Notes: a model not told the origin generated them from the sequence alone. Positions 1-11,432 are shown, counted from the stretch's first letter. The stretch: 64,000 nucleotides of DNA from Octopus sinensis (GCF_006345805.1 NC_043002.1:67952001-68016000), one strand, 5' to 3'. Program-made: numbers and translations.

Positions 1-204
1 TGTAGTCATTAAAATGAAATGATGTTTATTTTGGAAAGAATTTAAATACATAAATCCTATGTATTTAAATGATTTCCAAAATAAACACACACTTCATTTT
101 AATGAATCAAAAAAAAACAAAAAAAACTATAGGATATTGCACAAGCACTCAGCTCTGAGTGCACTGCGTTTTATTGCAGAAATATGGCGTTTCTGTAAGC
201 TGAT

Positions 205-385
205 GGTGGTGAGCTGGCAGAAACGTTAGCATGCTGGGCAAAATTCTTAGCGGTATTTTGTCTGCCGCTATGTTCTGAGTTCAAATTCTACCAAGGTCAA
301 CTTTGCCTTTCATCCTTTTGGGGTCGATTAAATAAGTACCAGTTACGCACTAAGGTCGATATAATCAACTTAATCTGTTTGTCCC
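205..385 (+). mobile_element. tRNA-derived SINE, family B (further copies at about 30940-31130 +, 43725-43915 -, 49335-49540 -, 51230-51385 -, 53100-53235 -, 62573-62795 +)
   Basis: A-box-like GAGCTGGCAGAAACGTTAGC, B-box-like GAGTTCAAATTC, shared tail GACTTTGCCTTTCATCCTTTCGGGGTCGATAAATTAAGTACC; repeated many times in the window. Confidence 0.85.
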
Positions 386-639
386 CTATGTGTGTAGCCC
401 CTTTTGTGCAGAACTGAAACAAGAAACAGCAGTAAGCTAATGAAGTTGATGTCACTCCTTTTCAGATGTCATTCATTAATTAATATTTAACTCTAAAGCA
501 TATGTGTATTGATTTCTAACAACTGGCTATTAGTATCACTATGCCTAAGCATAATCATGAAATACATTCACACACACACACACATATATGTCTTAAAACT
601 AAACAGACACCTCTCATTTTGCATGGTATTTCAAACCTG

Positions 640-700
640 TTACTGTATTATTTTCCATTTCAGATTACTGTATATTACTTGTTTATTGTAATTATTCATC
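640..700 (-). CDS. SLC46A-like: Probable terminal coding exon of the SLC46 gene
   Basis: Pyrimidine-rich acceptor ctcttttgcttctggtgtttgcag|G; phase 2 fits; gives (L)MNNYNKQVIYSNLKWKIIQ* and a total of about 450 aa. An alternative acceptor exists at 761. Confidence 0.55.
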
Positions 701-1574
701 CTGCAAACACCAGAAGCAAAAGAGTTGAGTGATTTTCAGTGAGTGAGTATTATAGTTCAATCTAAGGTAGGATTAAGCCAGTATAAAATTGCACACAAAA
801 CCTTGAAATTCTTCTTGCCACAGTCAACAGAGTGATTCTATAAGTCATCAGCAAAGAAAAGGAATCGACAGCATCCTAGTCAAGCTGACCTGGGTCCTCT
901 GACAGGTGTCTTCAAGTTGTCAAGTGGAATGCTGATAATAATATCCCACTGTAAGGCAGCTGGTGTTGCAGAGCAACTCCAAAAGAGTTGAAGTACTTTT
1001 GTGAGGTATCTCCATCAGCTTGGCTACTAAGGTAGAACAGCTAGAAAGAAATCTCTTCTTCGACTAGCAAATATCCAAAGAAGAAAGGGGAAATTTTTTA
1101 AATATGGTCTTTATTTTTGAAGTGTGTGTGTGTGTGTGTGCTATGGGAGTACCCTTGTCTTGAAATCATGTGATAATTGTAAAGGAGCATCACTGTCTAT
1201 TCATTTACAGTCTTTTGTGGAAAACCTGTGAAGAAATACTACCTTTGTTGGAAACAAGTGAGGGTTGGTGACAGGAATGGCATCCAGCCATAGAAAATTC
1301 TGCCTCAACAAATTCCATCTGACCCATGTAAGCATGGAAAAATGGATACTAAAATGATGATGATGATATCTTCTAGCTGGCATGGGTCAGACAGTTAGAC
1401 AGGATCTGACACGAGTTGGGGGAATGGATTGAACTAATAACATATATTGATGTGACAATGAAGGTTTTTGAGAATTTGCAAAAGTATATTTGTTAATAAG
1501 AAAAAGGTTTAAGCAGATCGAAACATTTGTAATATGGAATTTAAATAAAGTAATGTGAAAATAACCAGACTTAC

Positions 1575-1731
1575 AAAGAGAGGCAAACCAGCGTGATACT
1601 TATTCCAGCAGACCCGTAGTAGCAAATTCCTGGATCAATTGCGACTGTAGCACTGTATATTTCATTAAAAGTTATAGAAGCAATCAAAGATGTGATATTT
1701 TGTAGACAAGATATGATGGTAAATAGTTTTC
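1575..1731 (-). CDS. SLC46A-like: SLC46-family transporter, coding exon 4 (TM11-TM12)
   Basis: Acceptor aaatttcag, donor TT|GTAAGT; 157 nt, phase 1 to 2; (G)KLFTIISCLQNITSLIASITFNEIYSATVAIDPGICYYGSAGISITLVCLS. Confidence 0.88.
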
Positions 1732-2579
1732 CTGAAATTTCAAATAAAAAAAAATGTTGTTCACGTCATAAGAATTTATAAATTTCAAGAAAAGGTGAAA
1801 TAATTATTTTTGGAATGGTGTATCTTGAAGTAAATAAAACTAAATATTGGGTTTAAAATACTTTGGATAGAAAATAATTAAGGCTGCAAGAATAAAGTTT
1901 CTAAAATAGAGAAATTCAAAAGATTCCTTTAATCCAATGTAGAATGCCTGTCTTGTTTAGAGATGTGGATTCATGTCCTAAGGGTATTCTTTGACATTTT
2001 TCTACTATAGGGGCTTTTCATGCAATATTTACATGCTTTTATTTATAGCTTCATTTGCTTCAAGATATACCATTGCCAAAAAGTATTAATTTTAATGTTA
2101 CAGATTTATGTACTTTGACCTAAAATAAACATCAACTGTGCAACACACACAGAAGAGAAAGCGAGAACACTATAATATAGTGGCCATATCATAGGCACAA
2201 GCACAGCTGCGAGGTTAAGAAGCTCGCTCTGCAACCATGTGGTTTAGGGTTCAGTCCCACTGTGCAGCACCTTGGGCAAGTGTCTTCTACTATAGTCTCA
2301 TAGACATAAACTGTCTGGAAGATATATGAGATTGTCTTTGATCCACCATCATCACTTGACAACTGGTGTTATTTTGTTTACATCTCTATAACCTAGTGGT
2401 TCAGCAAAAGAGACCAATAAAATAAGTACCAAACTTAAAAATTATTAGTACTGGCCAGAGTCCAATGACTGAAACAAGTAAAAGATCAAAGATCTTCAAA
2501 CAAATAAAATTAACCAGGAAATTAACACAATTTGGGCCTAATTTTTAAATTAAACAACATCCAAGGACAAGCTTATAAA

Positions 2580-2737
2580 ATCAGTAAACAGTGCAGCACC
2601 CAAGACTTTAGGAAACATTTTTTCCATGTTCAGATTTGTTGAAGCATGGAATAAACTACCCACATCCATTGTTAGCTATCAGGACACTGTAACCTTCAAA
2701 AATTCCATGCTTCTTGAAATTTGCCAACATTACTCCT
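2580..2737 (+). mobile_element. CR1-type LINE 3-prime end fragment
   Basis: Translates as SKQCSTQDFRKHFF...EAWNKLPTSIV, homologous to the C-terminus of the ORF at 38848-39912. Confidence 0.7.
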
Positions 2738-3130
2738 GCGTAGGAGTGGCTGTGAGGTAAGTAGCTTGCTTACCAGCCACATGGTTCCGGGTTCAGTCCC
2801 ACTGTGTGGCACTTTGGGCAAGTGTCTTCTACTATAGCCTCGGGCCGACCAAAGCCTTGTGAGTGGATTTAGTAGACGGAAACTGAAAGAAGACCGTCGT
2901 GTATATATATGTATATGTTTGTGCATCTGTGTTTGTCCCCAGCCCCTGAACATCACTTGACAACTGATGCTGGTGTGTTTACATCCCAGTAACTTAGTGG
3001 TTCGGCAAAAGACATATAGAATAAGTACTAGGATTACAAAGAATAAGTCCTGGGTTCGATTTGCTCCACTAAAGGCAGTGCTCCAGCATGGCCACTGTCA
3101 AATGACTGAAACAAGTTAAAGAGAGTAAAA
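2738..3130 (+). mobile_element. tRNA-derived SINE, family A (~400 bp, internal microsatellite); about 25 full or partial copies, e.g. 18505-18885 +, 20235-20735 +, 20750-21130 -, 26560-26955 -, 28140-28545 +, 30500-30915 +, 32865-33205 +, 33885-34258 -, 37890-38265 -, 41090-41455 +, 61025-61420 -
   Basis: Head GGAGTGGCTGTGTGGTAAG...GGTTCAGTCCCAC, CORE-like CACCTTGGGCAAGTG, tail GATAGAATAAGTACTAGGC...GGGGTCGATTTGCTCGAC...TGACTGAAACAAGTAAAAGA. Confidence 0.9.
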
Positions 3131-4021
3131 GACTATGTACCCATACAGCTTTCATCTTTATGAGTATTTTCTGTCTTTTCATGTTTTATCCAGAGCCCTA
3201 TGCATGTATTTTTAGTTTTCATTGCTTGTCTATCTTTATTTGACCTTATTGTCACTTTCTGTCTCCATTTTTACTCTTTTCTAACGAGTAGTGCACCTGA
3301 GTACTGTTTTACAGTAACCTTATCATTATTATTATCAATATTTTAAAGTGATGCGCGTGTCTTTCTAACATGACATGATCATCATTCTGCCAAACTGTTC
3401 TCCCTTGAACCTTCTAAAGTTACTACTCAAATAGCTCATCTTTCTGCTAATTCTCACCATTTGACAGTTGTCTACTCCTGTAAGAAATATTTTTCACTTT
3501 AGTAGTTTCTTTCTTCACACATACGTTATGAGGAACTCGTCCAAAACCCAATCACCATCACATGATAGAGACTATACAAGGTTATTCAACCTACAAGAGA
3601 GAGCTATTAAATCAACCTCATATCACACTCTTAAAGTTTTACATATACAATGCTTGTGACAAATACAAGAGATGTTCATTGCAGGCACAGAATGAGATGA
3701 CTGAGTGCAGTTCTTTGGATGCTGACAATTTGATATGGCTAAATGGATATTCAGGCTGTTTCAGGGACAGTACTTTTTTAGTGCTGGAGCCATGTGTGCA
3801 AAAATATATACATGCAGATAAAATGAGAATGAGATTACAATTTATTAATTGAACGCAACTGACATAAACACTTTCTTTTGCTTCATACACATGAAGAGAA
3901 AATTGCTTATACACATAAATAGAGAGAATGAAAAAAAAAAAACCATTAACGCATCTGATGCCAGTTATGTCTTTGATTATAGGTTTACGTGATCAGAACC
4001 GACCAGGGGCTAATACAAATA

Positions 4022-4480
4022 TCATCATCATCATCATTTAACGTCCGCTTTCCATGCTAGCATGGGTTGGACGGTTCAACTGGGGTCTGGGGAGCCCGAA
4101 GGCTGCACCAGGCCAGTCAGATCTGGCAGTGTTTCTACAGCTGGATGCCCTTCCTAACGCCAACCACTCCGAGAGTGGCGAACGGCCACGCTTGGATGGT
4201 GTTTTTATGTGCCACCGACACAGGTGCCAGACAAAGCTGGCAGACGGCCACGCTTGGATGGTGTTTTTTATGTCCCACCGACACAGGTGCCAGACGAGGC
4301 TGGCAGACGGCCACGCTCGGATGGTGTTTTTTATGTGCCACCGACACAGGTGCCAGACAAGGCTGGCGAACGGCCACGATCGGATGGTGTTTGTTACGTG
4401 CCCGCAGCACGGAGGCCAGTCGATGCGGTACTGGCTACGGCCACGTTCGGATGGTTTTCTTATGTGCCACCGGCACTGGT
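4022..4480 (-). mobile_element. SINE family C with (GAT)n tail and internal ~60-bp minisatellite (other copies at about 4770-5072, 18920-19185, 19675-19790, 23540-23765, 29470-29670, 49070-49310, 50400-50830, 58670-58860, 59060-59500)
   Basis: Conserved CTACAGCTGGATGCCCTTCCTAACGCCAACCACTC core and catcatcat...tttaacgtccgctttccatgc end, repeated throughout the window. Confidence 0.85.
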
Positions 4481-5140
4481 ACCACAAAGATACAAATTCC
4501 ATTGATGTTCATCTATTTTGATTTGGTTTGATTTTGGTTTGATATTAATATAAAAAATAAATAACACTGAAGCAAAATAACACCAAATATATAGTGCGTG
4601 TGTTTTTATTGGCTAAACTGGCAAAATGACCATTCTGAAATATAACAATAAACATAATGTTGTTTCACTAATATCAACATAAAAATATAGTTGTTTAGAA
4701 GAAACTTACTAGATTAACTTAATAGATTAATAAATTAAGAGACACAATTATTTGTTTCTCTTGCAAGTACTTGGTAACCCTGTCAGTGCAGGTGCCACTT
4801 AAAAGCACCCAGTCCACTCTGCTGAGTGGTTGATGTTAGGAAGGGCAGTGAGCTGTAAAAACCTTGCCAAAACTGACCTCACCTGTGCTTGTGCCACATA
4901 AAAAGCACTAAGTCCACTCTGCTGAGTGGTTGATGTTAGGAAGGGCATCTAGCTGTAAAAATCCTGCCAAAACAGTCACAAAAGTCTGGTGCAGGCTTCT
5001 ACCTGGTCGGCTCTTGTGAAACCATCCCACCCATGTTAGCATGGAACGCACATGTTAAATGATGATGATGATGTTGGTAAAAAATTGTGAGAAGAAAAAG
5101 TAATAAAAGAGAAAGGAAAGTGGGGAAAAGAAATGGTTAC

Positions 5141-5224
5141 CTTGCTCTTCTTTCAATACAAATGATGAACATACTCCTCGCATTGCTACAGAGGAAAATC
5201 CTATGAAAAGGCTAATAAATGGAA
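5141..5224 (-). CDS. SLC46A-like: SLC46-family transporter, coding exon 3
   Basis: Acceptor ttttccacttcag, donor CAAG|GTAACC; 84 nt, phase 1 to 1; (V)PFISLFIGFSSVAMRGVCSSFVLKEEQ(G) matches the SLC46 R-S-x-x-S-K-x-V-x-x-x-E-Q-G motif region. Not in the supplied ORF track. Confidence 0.88.
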
Positions 5225-5285
5225 CTGAAGTGGAAAAACAAAAAATATATATTAATAGTAATAATTATAACTCCTCATATATATA

Positions 5286-5334
<49 letters not shown>

Positions 5335-6024
5335 CATATCAGGTGAATTGGGAATTGTAATCCAAGCATTTACTTCGTGAAGCACTCCCATGAATGGTGG
5401 CAGTTTGAAAGCAGAAAGGCGAGGGAAATCTCTCCGGATGCTAGCTATCTTCAAATTCACAAAATGTCCACAGACTATAGATAATAAAAGAATATCAAAG
5501 AATGGAGTTAGCAAACTGAATTCATTGCTTAGTTTACAATTGCTTCATTAGCTTGAATAAAACCAATCTTGTGTCGTGCCATTACCTTGTCAAAAACTAC
5601 TGATTTATCTCTATGTTTTGTGGAATTGTTTAAACCAGCAGTTGTTGACATGGTAACAATATGACACAACACTAGTTTTTTTTTTTTATTAAAGCTAATG
5701 AAACAACTGTAAACTAACCAATAAATGCGGTTTGCTGACACCAGTCTTTGACATTCTTCTATTAGATGTACGGAGACTGGGAGAGGCCCATGCTGTGTCT
5801 ATGTGTATGTATATATCTATCTTTTTGTCTTGACATCACACAATGGTTGTAAATGAGCATCACTGTCAAAGCAGTGTCATTCGTTTCCAATATTCTGCAA
5901 AATCATGTCTGACTTTGGGGAAATGTTTGTTTCAAAACAAGTGTAGGCTGGGCACCAGGGGCAGGGATCTGGTAACATCAATAAACTGTCTGACCCACGA
6001 GTGCATGGAAAAATTAATGTTAAA

Positions 6025-6253
6025 ATACAAATAAGACGATAATTTATTTTCAAATGCAAAAATGCTGACAGAACAGCAGAGACTGGATAAAATATCCATA
6101 AAAAGTGGAAAAATTTGTCAGCAACTAGCCATGAGACTTGACTTCATGGCTGATTGCTGACAAATTTTTCACCTTTGTATAGATATTTTATCCAGTCTCT
6201 GTTGTTCTATTGGCATTTATGAGTTTGAGAATAAATTATCATCTTATTTGTAT
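6025..6253. mobile_element. Fold-back element / MITE (imperfect palindrome, ~110-bp arms)
   Basis: Left arm atacaaataagacgataattt...tttgtcagcaactagccatga is the reverse complement of tcatggctgattgctgacaaa...aattatcatcttatttgtat. Confidence 0.85.
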
Positions 6254-7443
6254 CTCACAATACATTTCAACGCTTCTAAAACAGATATTAGTTTGTTTAC
6301 ATTTATTGTAATTTCAATGTTAAAATGAATAAAGTGCAAGCAGGGCTGTATGGTAAAACAGTTTGCTTTCCAACTACATCGTTTCAGGTTTGGATCCACT
6401 GCATGGCACCTAGGACAACTATCATCCACTACAATCCTGAGCTGAACAAAGCTTTGTGAGTGGATTTGGTAGACAGAAACTGAAAGAAGCTTGTTGTATG
6501 TGTGTGTGTGTGTGTGTGTGTGTACATGATAACACAAGTGTGGTTGTGTGGTTTAAAAGTTTACTTCCCACAACATGGTTTTGAGCTCAATTGCATTGCA
6601 TGTCACCTTGGGTAAATGTCTTCTACTATATAGCCCAATGCCTGCTAGTTTCATTTCTACATAATTGTCAACATATATATATATATAAACAAAATGGAAC
6701 ACACATACACAAAGTATGTGTTTGATTTTGTTTATATATCACCAGCTGCTTGTAATTCATAATTGAATATACATATTTATATAAATTAGAAAAAACCCAC
6801 CTTTTATCAATTCAATAATGAAAAATTAAATTATACCATTTAGAAAAATTACATCTTATAGAAAGATTAAATATAAGATAAAACATATAACAATGATTAA
6901 GTAATGTGCAAAATAATAAGTAAAACATATATATTTGGTAGAATAATGACACGTTTCGTTATATAATATATAAATTATCATTATATATTATTATTATTAT
7001 TATATATATATATAATAATGATGATGATGATGATAATAATAATAAAATGTAACAACAAAAGCATGAGACATTGATATTAGAGAAATAGAGGATTATTTAC
7101 ATATGTTATAAATTAGAACAAGGTTGTCATTATAGTACTCAGAGTTTCGAATGCCGGAGCGAAGAACTACAATACATTCTCCTAGCATCTGTTGCCAATG
7201 CAACAGATGCTACAAAAACTGTTAAGTGTAAGGGAAATAACTCTAATTGGTGGAAAAAGATAAAAAGATATCAATTATTATAAAAAATATACGTATCCAT
7301 ATTCTCAAAATACATAGACATAAACCTCCTGCATTCACAACTACACACATAAACTCACACAAACATGTATACATACATGCACACAAAAATATATGTATGC
7401 ATGTACTCATACATACACATATCCACACACATATGCACACGTG

Positions 7444-7484
<41 letters not shown>

Positions 7485-7490
7485 ACGCAG

Positions 7491-7830
7491 TGAAGGCACA
7501 TGGTTCAGTGGTTAGAGCATTGAGCTTACGATCGTGAGGTTGTGAGTTCAATTCCCGGACCGGGCTGCATGTTCTATTCTTCAACAAGACACTTTATTTT
7601 ATGCTGCTCCAGTTAACTCAGCTGTAGAAATAAGTTGCGACATCACTGGTGCCAAGCTGTATCAGCCTTTGCTTTTCCCTTGGATAAAATCAGTGGCGTG
7701 GAGAGGGGTGGATGGTATGCATGGGTGACTGCTGGCCTTCCACAAACAACCTTGCTCGGACTTGTGCCTTGGAGGGTAACTTTCTAGGTGCAATCCCATG
7801 GTCATTCATGACCAAAGGGTGTTTAAAAGA
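7491..7830 (+). mobile_element. tRNA-derived SINE, family E (reverse partial copy at about 42080-42330)
   Basis: tRNA-like head ggttcagtggttagagc...gagttcaattccc; tail ggagggtaactttctaggtgcaatcccatggtcattcatgacc recurs reversed near 42.1 kb. Confidence 0.7.
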
Positions 7831-7893
7831 AAAGATATGTACGCAACCTCATCCTCATATACACTAGGTGCTTACATGCACACACATAACATG

Positions 7894-7957
<64 letters not shown>

Positions 7958-8034
7958 ATGGCCGTCCACTCGTGACCAAGGAAGACCAATGCCAACCTTC
8001 AGGAACATTGTGCACTCTAGGACTAACTTATATT

Positions 8035-8400
8035 TTGCATTTGCGGCTCCGTTGGTGGCTAATGAGCCCTGCTCTTGACAAGCATACACGACTGCAAACA
8101 TTATTAGAATGGAGGATAGAAGGATTCCTAAGCAGATGCTCTATGGAGAACTTGTGAATGGAAGGAGACTCCGGCAGAAACCAAGGCTGCGATTTAAGGA
8201 CTGTGTCAAGTCCTCGTTAAAGGCCTTCGATATGCAGGACACTGACTGGGAGAACAATGCCTGTCATCACCACAGATGGAGGAAGCAGGTTAAGGAGGGT
8301 ATCGATACTTTTGAGAGAGCACGTATCCAGCATGAAGAACTTAAGCGAGCTGTGCGAAAGCGCATGGCTCGTATAGTGAATGGGGAAAGCTTGGTCTGCA
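8035..8400 (+). mobile_element. RTE-clade LINE, ORF C-terminal fragment
   Basis: RMEDRRIPKQMLYGELVNGRRLRQKPRLRFKDCVKSSLK...RWRKQVKEG is the typical RTE C-terminus. Confidence 0.88.
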
Positions 8401-8487
8401 ATATATATATATATATATATACAGACATACATTTGCACTCCTGCATACACACATATATATATATGTATACAAATAAGTGACAGGCAG

Positions 8488-8587
8488 NNNNNNNNNNNNN
8501 NNNNNNNNNNNNNNNNNNNNNNNNNNNNNNNNNNNNNNNNNNNNNNNNNNNNNNNNNNNNNNNNNNNNNNNNNNNNNNNNNNNNNNN
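8488..8587. other. Assembly gap (100 N)
   Basis: Run of n characters. Confidence 1.
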
Positions 8588-9551
8588 ATATATAAATATA
8601 CACATATACACATGCAGATACACAGACACTTATATTACTACCCCCACCACACATAACAATAACAACAAAATGACAGATTGAACATAGGAAACTCCTCTTT
8701 TTCCTATGAAGTTCATAACTTTTACAGCTGCCATCATGAAATGTAGGTCTGGAAATATTGTAGAGATGTTGGACTGGAAGCAAACAGACGTGAATTGTGT
8801 ATAAAAGATAAGCTGGAGATAAGACTCATATAGATTCCTTCAAAGAAGAAACAGAGGCACAAATACTTCTGGGTGAATATCAGCAACAGGATAACTAGAA
8901 TAGGCATATTGATTGTAAACAAAATTTGATAAAGTAATTGAGATAATCAAATCAGGTGATAGATTGATTAAACTTAGGTTTGCCATGGCTAACACAACAT
9001 CGACAGTTATCTCTATGTTTATAAAACAATGTTACTATGAGACCCACTTGTAGTAATGAATGACAGTCAATTCACTATCAGAGCAGGTGATTTCAAAGGA
9101 CATGTGGGACAATAGGCTATGTATGTATGTATGTATGTATGTATGTATGTATGTGTGTGTATGTATGTATGTATTATTATTATCATGCATGCATGCATGG
9201 ATGCATGCATGCATGAATGATAATAATAATAATAATAATAATAATTATTATTATTATTATCATTATTATTATTTGAGGGAATATTAATCCAAACTTACAG
9301 GGAAAAAAAATTCAATTTAGAAATACTGAATCAAATTTCACACAATATAATATATATATAAAAATTAGAAAAAAAACACCTTTTATCAATTCAAAATGAA
9401 CAATTAAATTACACCATCTAGAAAATTACATATAATAAAAATATTAAAATTAAAATAACAATAATATATCAATAATTAAGTAAATTGCAAAAAATAATAA
9501 AAGCATATATAATTGGTAGAATAACAATTATATACGTTATATATATATATA

Positions 9552-10685
9552 TATAAATTTATATATGAGGATAATATCGATATTTAAGTGTCGAAATTAT
9601 CAAGTGGCCAGCATGAAAGAAATACCTTACAAAGGTAAAAAAATTTTTAACAATTAAAATGAGGGTGTCTAAAAGAGACACCGAAAGCCGAAGCAGTCGA
9701 AACACTGACTATAGTACACCACGTTAATGTTCATATCGCACCATGAGGTAAAGCGGGGGACAAAACATACAAGCAAAAATTATTGAATAATTCAAGATCC
9801 AAGGATTTCTGGTTCTGCTTTAGATAAGCTTTACCGTCATCAATTGATATATCAAGGGTACATCAATACAGATATATATATGCACAGCAAACGATATACT
9901 TACATATACGAGCGCCGTACATACATACATATGCACGTATGGACACAGCCAGTTTGAATAGCCCGCCAAATCACCGCATAAGTACGATATGGTTAAAATA
10001 AGCACCGCAGTGAATATAATAACGAATTATATAAATTTATATATGAGGATAATATCGATATTTAAGTGTCGAAATTATCAAGTGGCCAGCATGAAAGAAA
10101 TACCTTACAATGGTGCGATATGAACATTTAACGTGGTACTATAGTCAGTGTTTCGACTGCTATTTCGGCATGTTGGTGTCTTTTAGACACCCTCATTTTT
10201 AATTGTTAAAAAATTTTTTTACCTTTGTAAGGTATTTCTTTCATGCTGGCCACTTGATAATTTCGACACTTAAATATCGATATTATCTTCATATATAAAT
10301 TTATATAATTCGTTATTATATTCACTGCGGTGCTTATTTTAACCATATCGTACTTATGCGGTGATTTGGCGGGCGATTCAAACTGGCTGTGTCCATACGT
10401 GCATATGTATGTATGTACGGCGCTCGATATGTAAGTATTATCGTTTGCTGTGCATATATATATCTGTATTGATGTACCCTGATATATTCAATTGATGACG
10501 GTAAAGCTTATCTAAAGCAGAACCAGAAATCCTTGGATCTTGAATTATCAATAATTTTTGCTTGTATGTTTTGTCCCTCCGCCTTTACCTCATGGGCGAT
10601 ATGAACATTTAACGTGGTACTATAGTCAGTGTTTCGACTGCTATTTCGCATGTTGGTGTCTTTTAGACACCCTCATTTTTAATTA
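9552..10685. repeat. ~480-bp unit: ~1.17 tandem copies forward (9552-10110) then ~1.2 copies inverted (10111-10685); Penelope pLTR / retrozyme-like
   Basis: 9552-9631 recurs at about 10031-10110; from 10111 the sequence is the reverse complement of the unit, starting in a different register and wrapping seamlessly. Confidence 0.9.
10480..10550 (+). ncRNA. Candidate type I hammerhead ribozyme (variant core); antisense twin at about 9784-9854
   Basis: Stem I TGATATATTCAA/TTGAATTATCA; core TTGATGA; stem II GGT/ACC plus GCTT/AAGC; GAAA; stem III ATC-CTTG-GAT; AUC cleavage triplet. Deviations from consensus: U3 and a C-A pair at 10.1/11.1. Confidence 0.6.
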
Positions 10686-10686
10686 T

Positions 10687-10736
<50 letters not shown>

Positions 10737-11025
10737 ACAATTATTATGTATGTATGTTTATATATATATATATATATTTATATATACATATATATATACA
10801 TATATATATATGTAGTATATACGTATATATATAGTATATATATATATATATACGTATAATATAATATTAAATATATATATATATATATAAATATAGTAAT
10901 ATATAAATATACATATGTATATATATATAGGTATATATACATATATATATAATATATACATATATATATACATTATATATACATATATATATACATATAT
11001 ATATATATATGTATATATAAATATA
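10685..11025. repeat. (TA)n-rich microsatellite
   Basis: Direct inspection. Confidence 0.95.
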
Positions 11026-11432
11026 TGTGGGGTCAATAACGTAATCTATAAATGTACCATAACTACTGAGAATAGCAAATTTTTTTATTTGGGTTGTACT
11101 ATAAAATTTAAACAAAGAGTTAGCAACCATATCTCCTCATTTAAGTTACGTCATAAAGCTGGTTGCACCACACTTTCAAGTAAGATGTGGGAACTCAAAA
11201 ATAATAATATTAAATATAACCTTAATTGGGAAATAGTTAGAAGAGCGATGCCTTATAGAAATAACAGGGTAGGTTGCCAACACCGCTCCATGGAGACATA
11301 TGAAATTTTAAGGCACAGAAAAAAAAAATAAATAAATAAAAAAATAAAAATAAAAATTTGTTAAATAACCGTATCGAATTAGGTCTATCTTGTATTCACT
11401 CAAAAATCAAGACTCTTAAATATTTTAAATAA
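11026..11432 (+). mobile_element. Penelope-like element GIY-YIG endonuclease remnant
   Basis: VIYKCTITTENSKFFYLGCTIKFKQRVSNHISSFK...LSSKMWELK...LNWEIV...METYEIL, then after an A-rich interruption NLLNNRIELGLSCIH*; matches PLE GIY-YIG domains. Confidence 0.85.

Noticed and set aside
2106-2119. Alternative terminal exon giving ...EEQGQST* (truncation before TM11)
   Set aside because: AG plus an in-frame stop is easily found by chance in AT-rich introns; no other support.
4038-4531. Overlapping 91-155-aa ORFs and a CRISPR-like periodicity
   Set aside because: A ~60-bp minisatellite within a SINE; there are no unique spacers, no cas genes and the context is eukaryotic.
5275-5514. 79-aa minus-strand ORF near SLC46 exon 3
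   Set aside because: No SLC46 similarity, and the gene model is phase-complete without it.
9660-9725. Second hammerhead on the opposite strand of the 480-bp unit (CTAAAAGA...GTC GAAA CAC)
   Set aside because: The core is non-canonical, stem III does not pair, and GGTGTC/GACACC forms a simple hairpin instead.
10100-10120. Missed-adapter (SMRTbell fold-back) artefact as the explanation for the inverted array
   Set aside because: Such artefacts mirror exactly at the seam, whereas here the inverted part starts about 110 nt away in unit coordinates. Other chimera types are not excluded.
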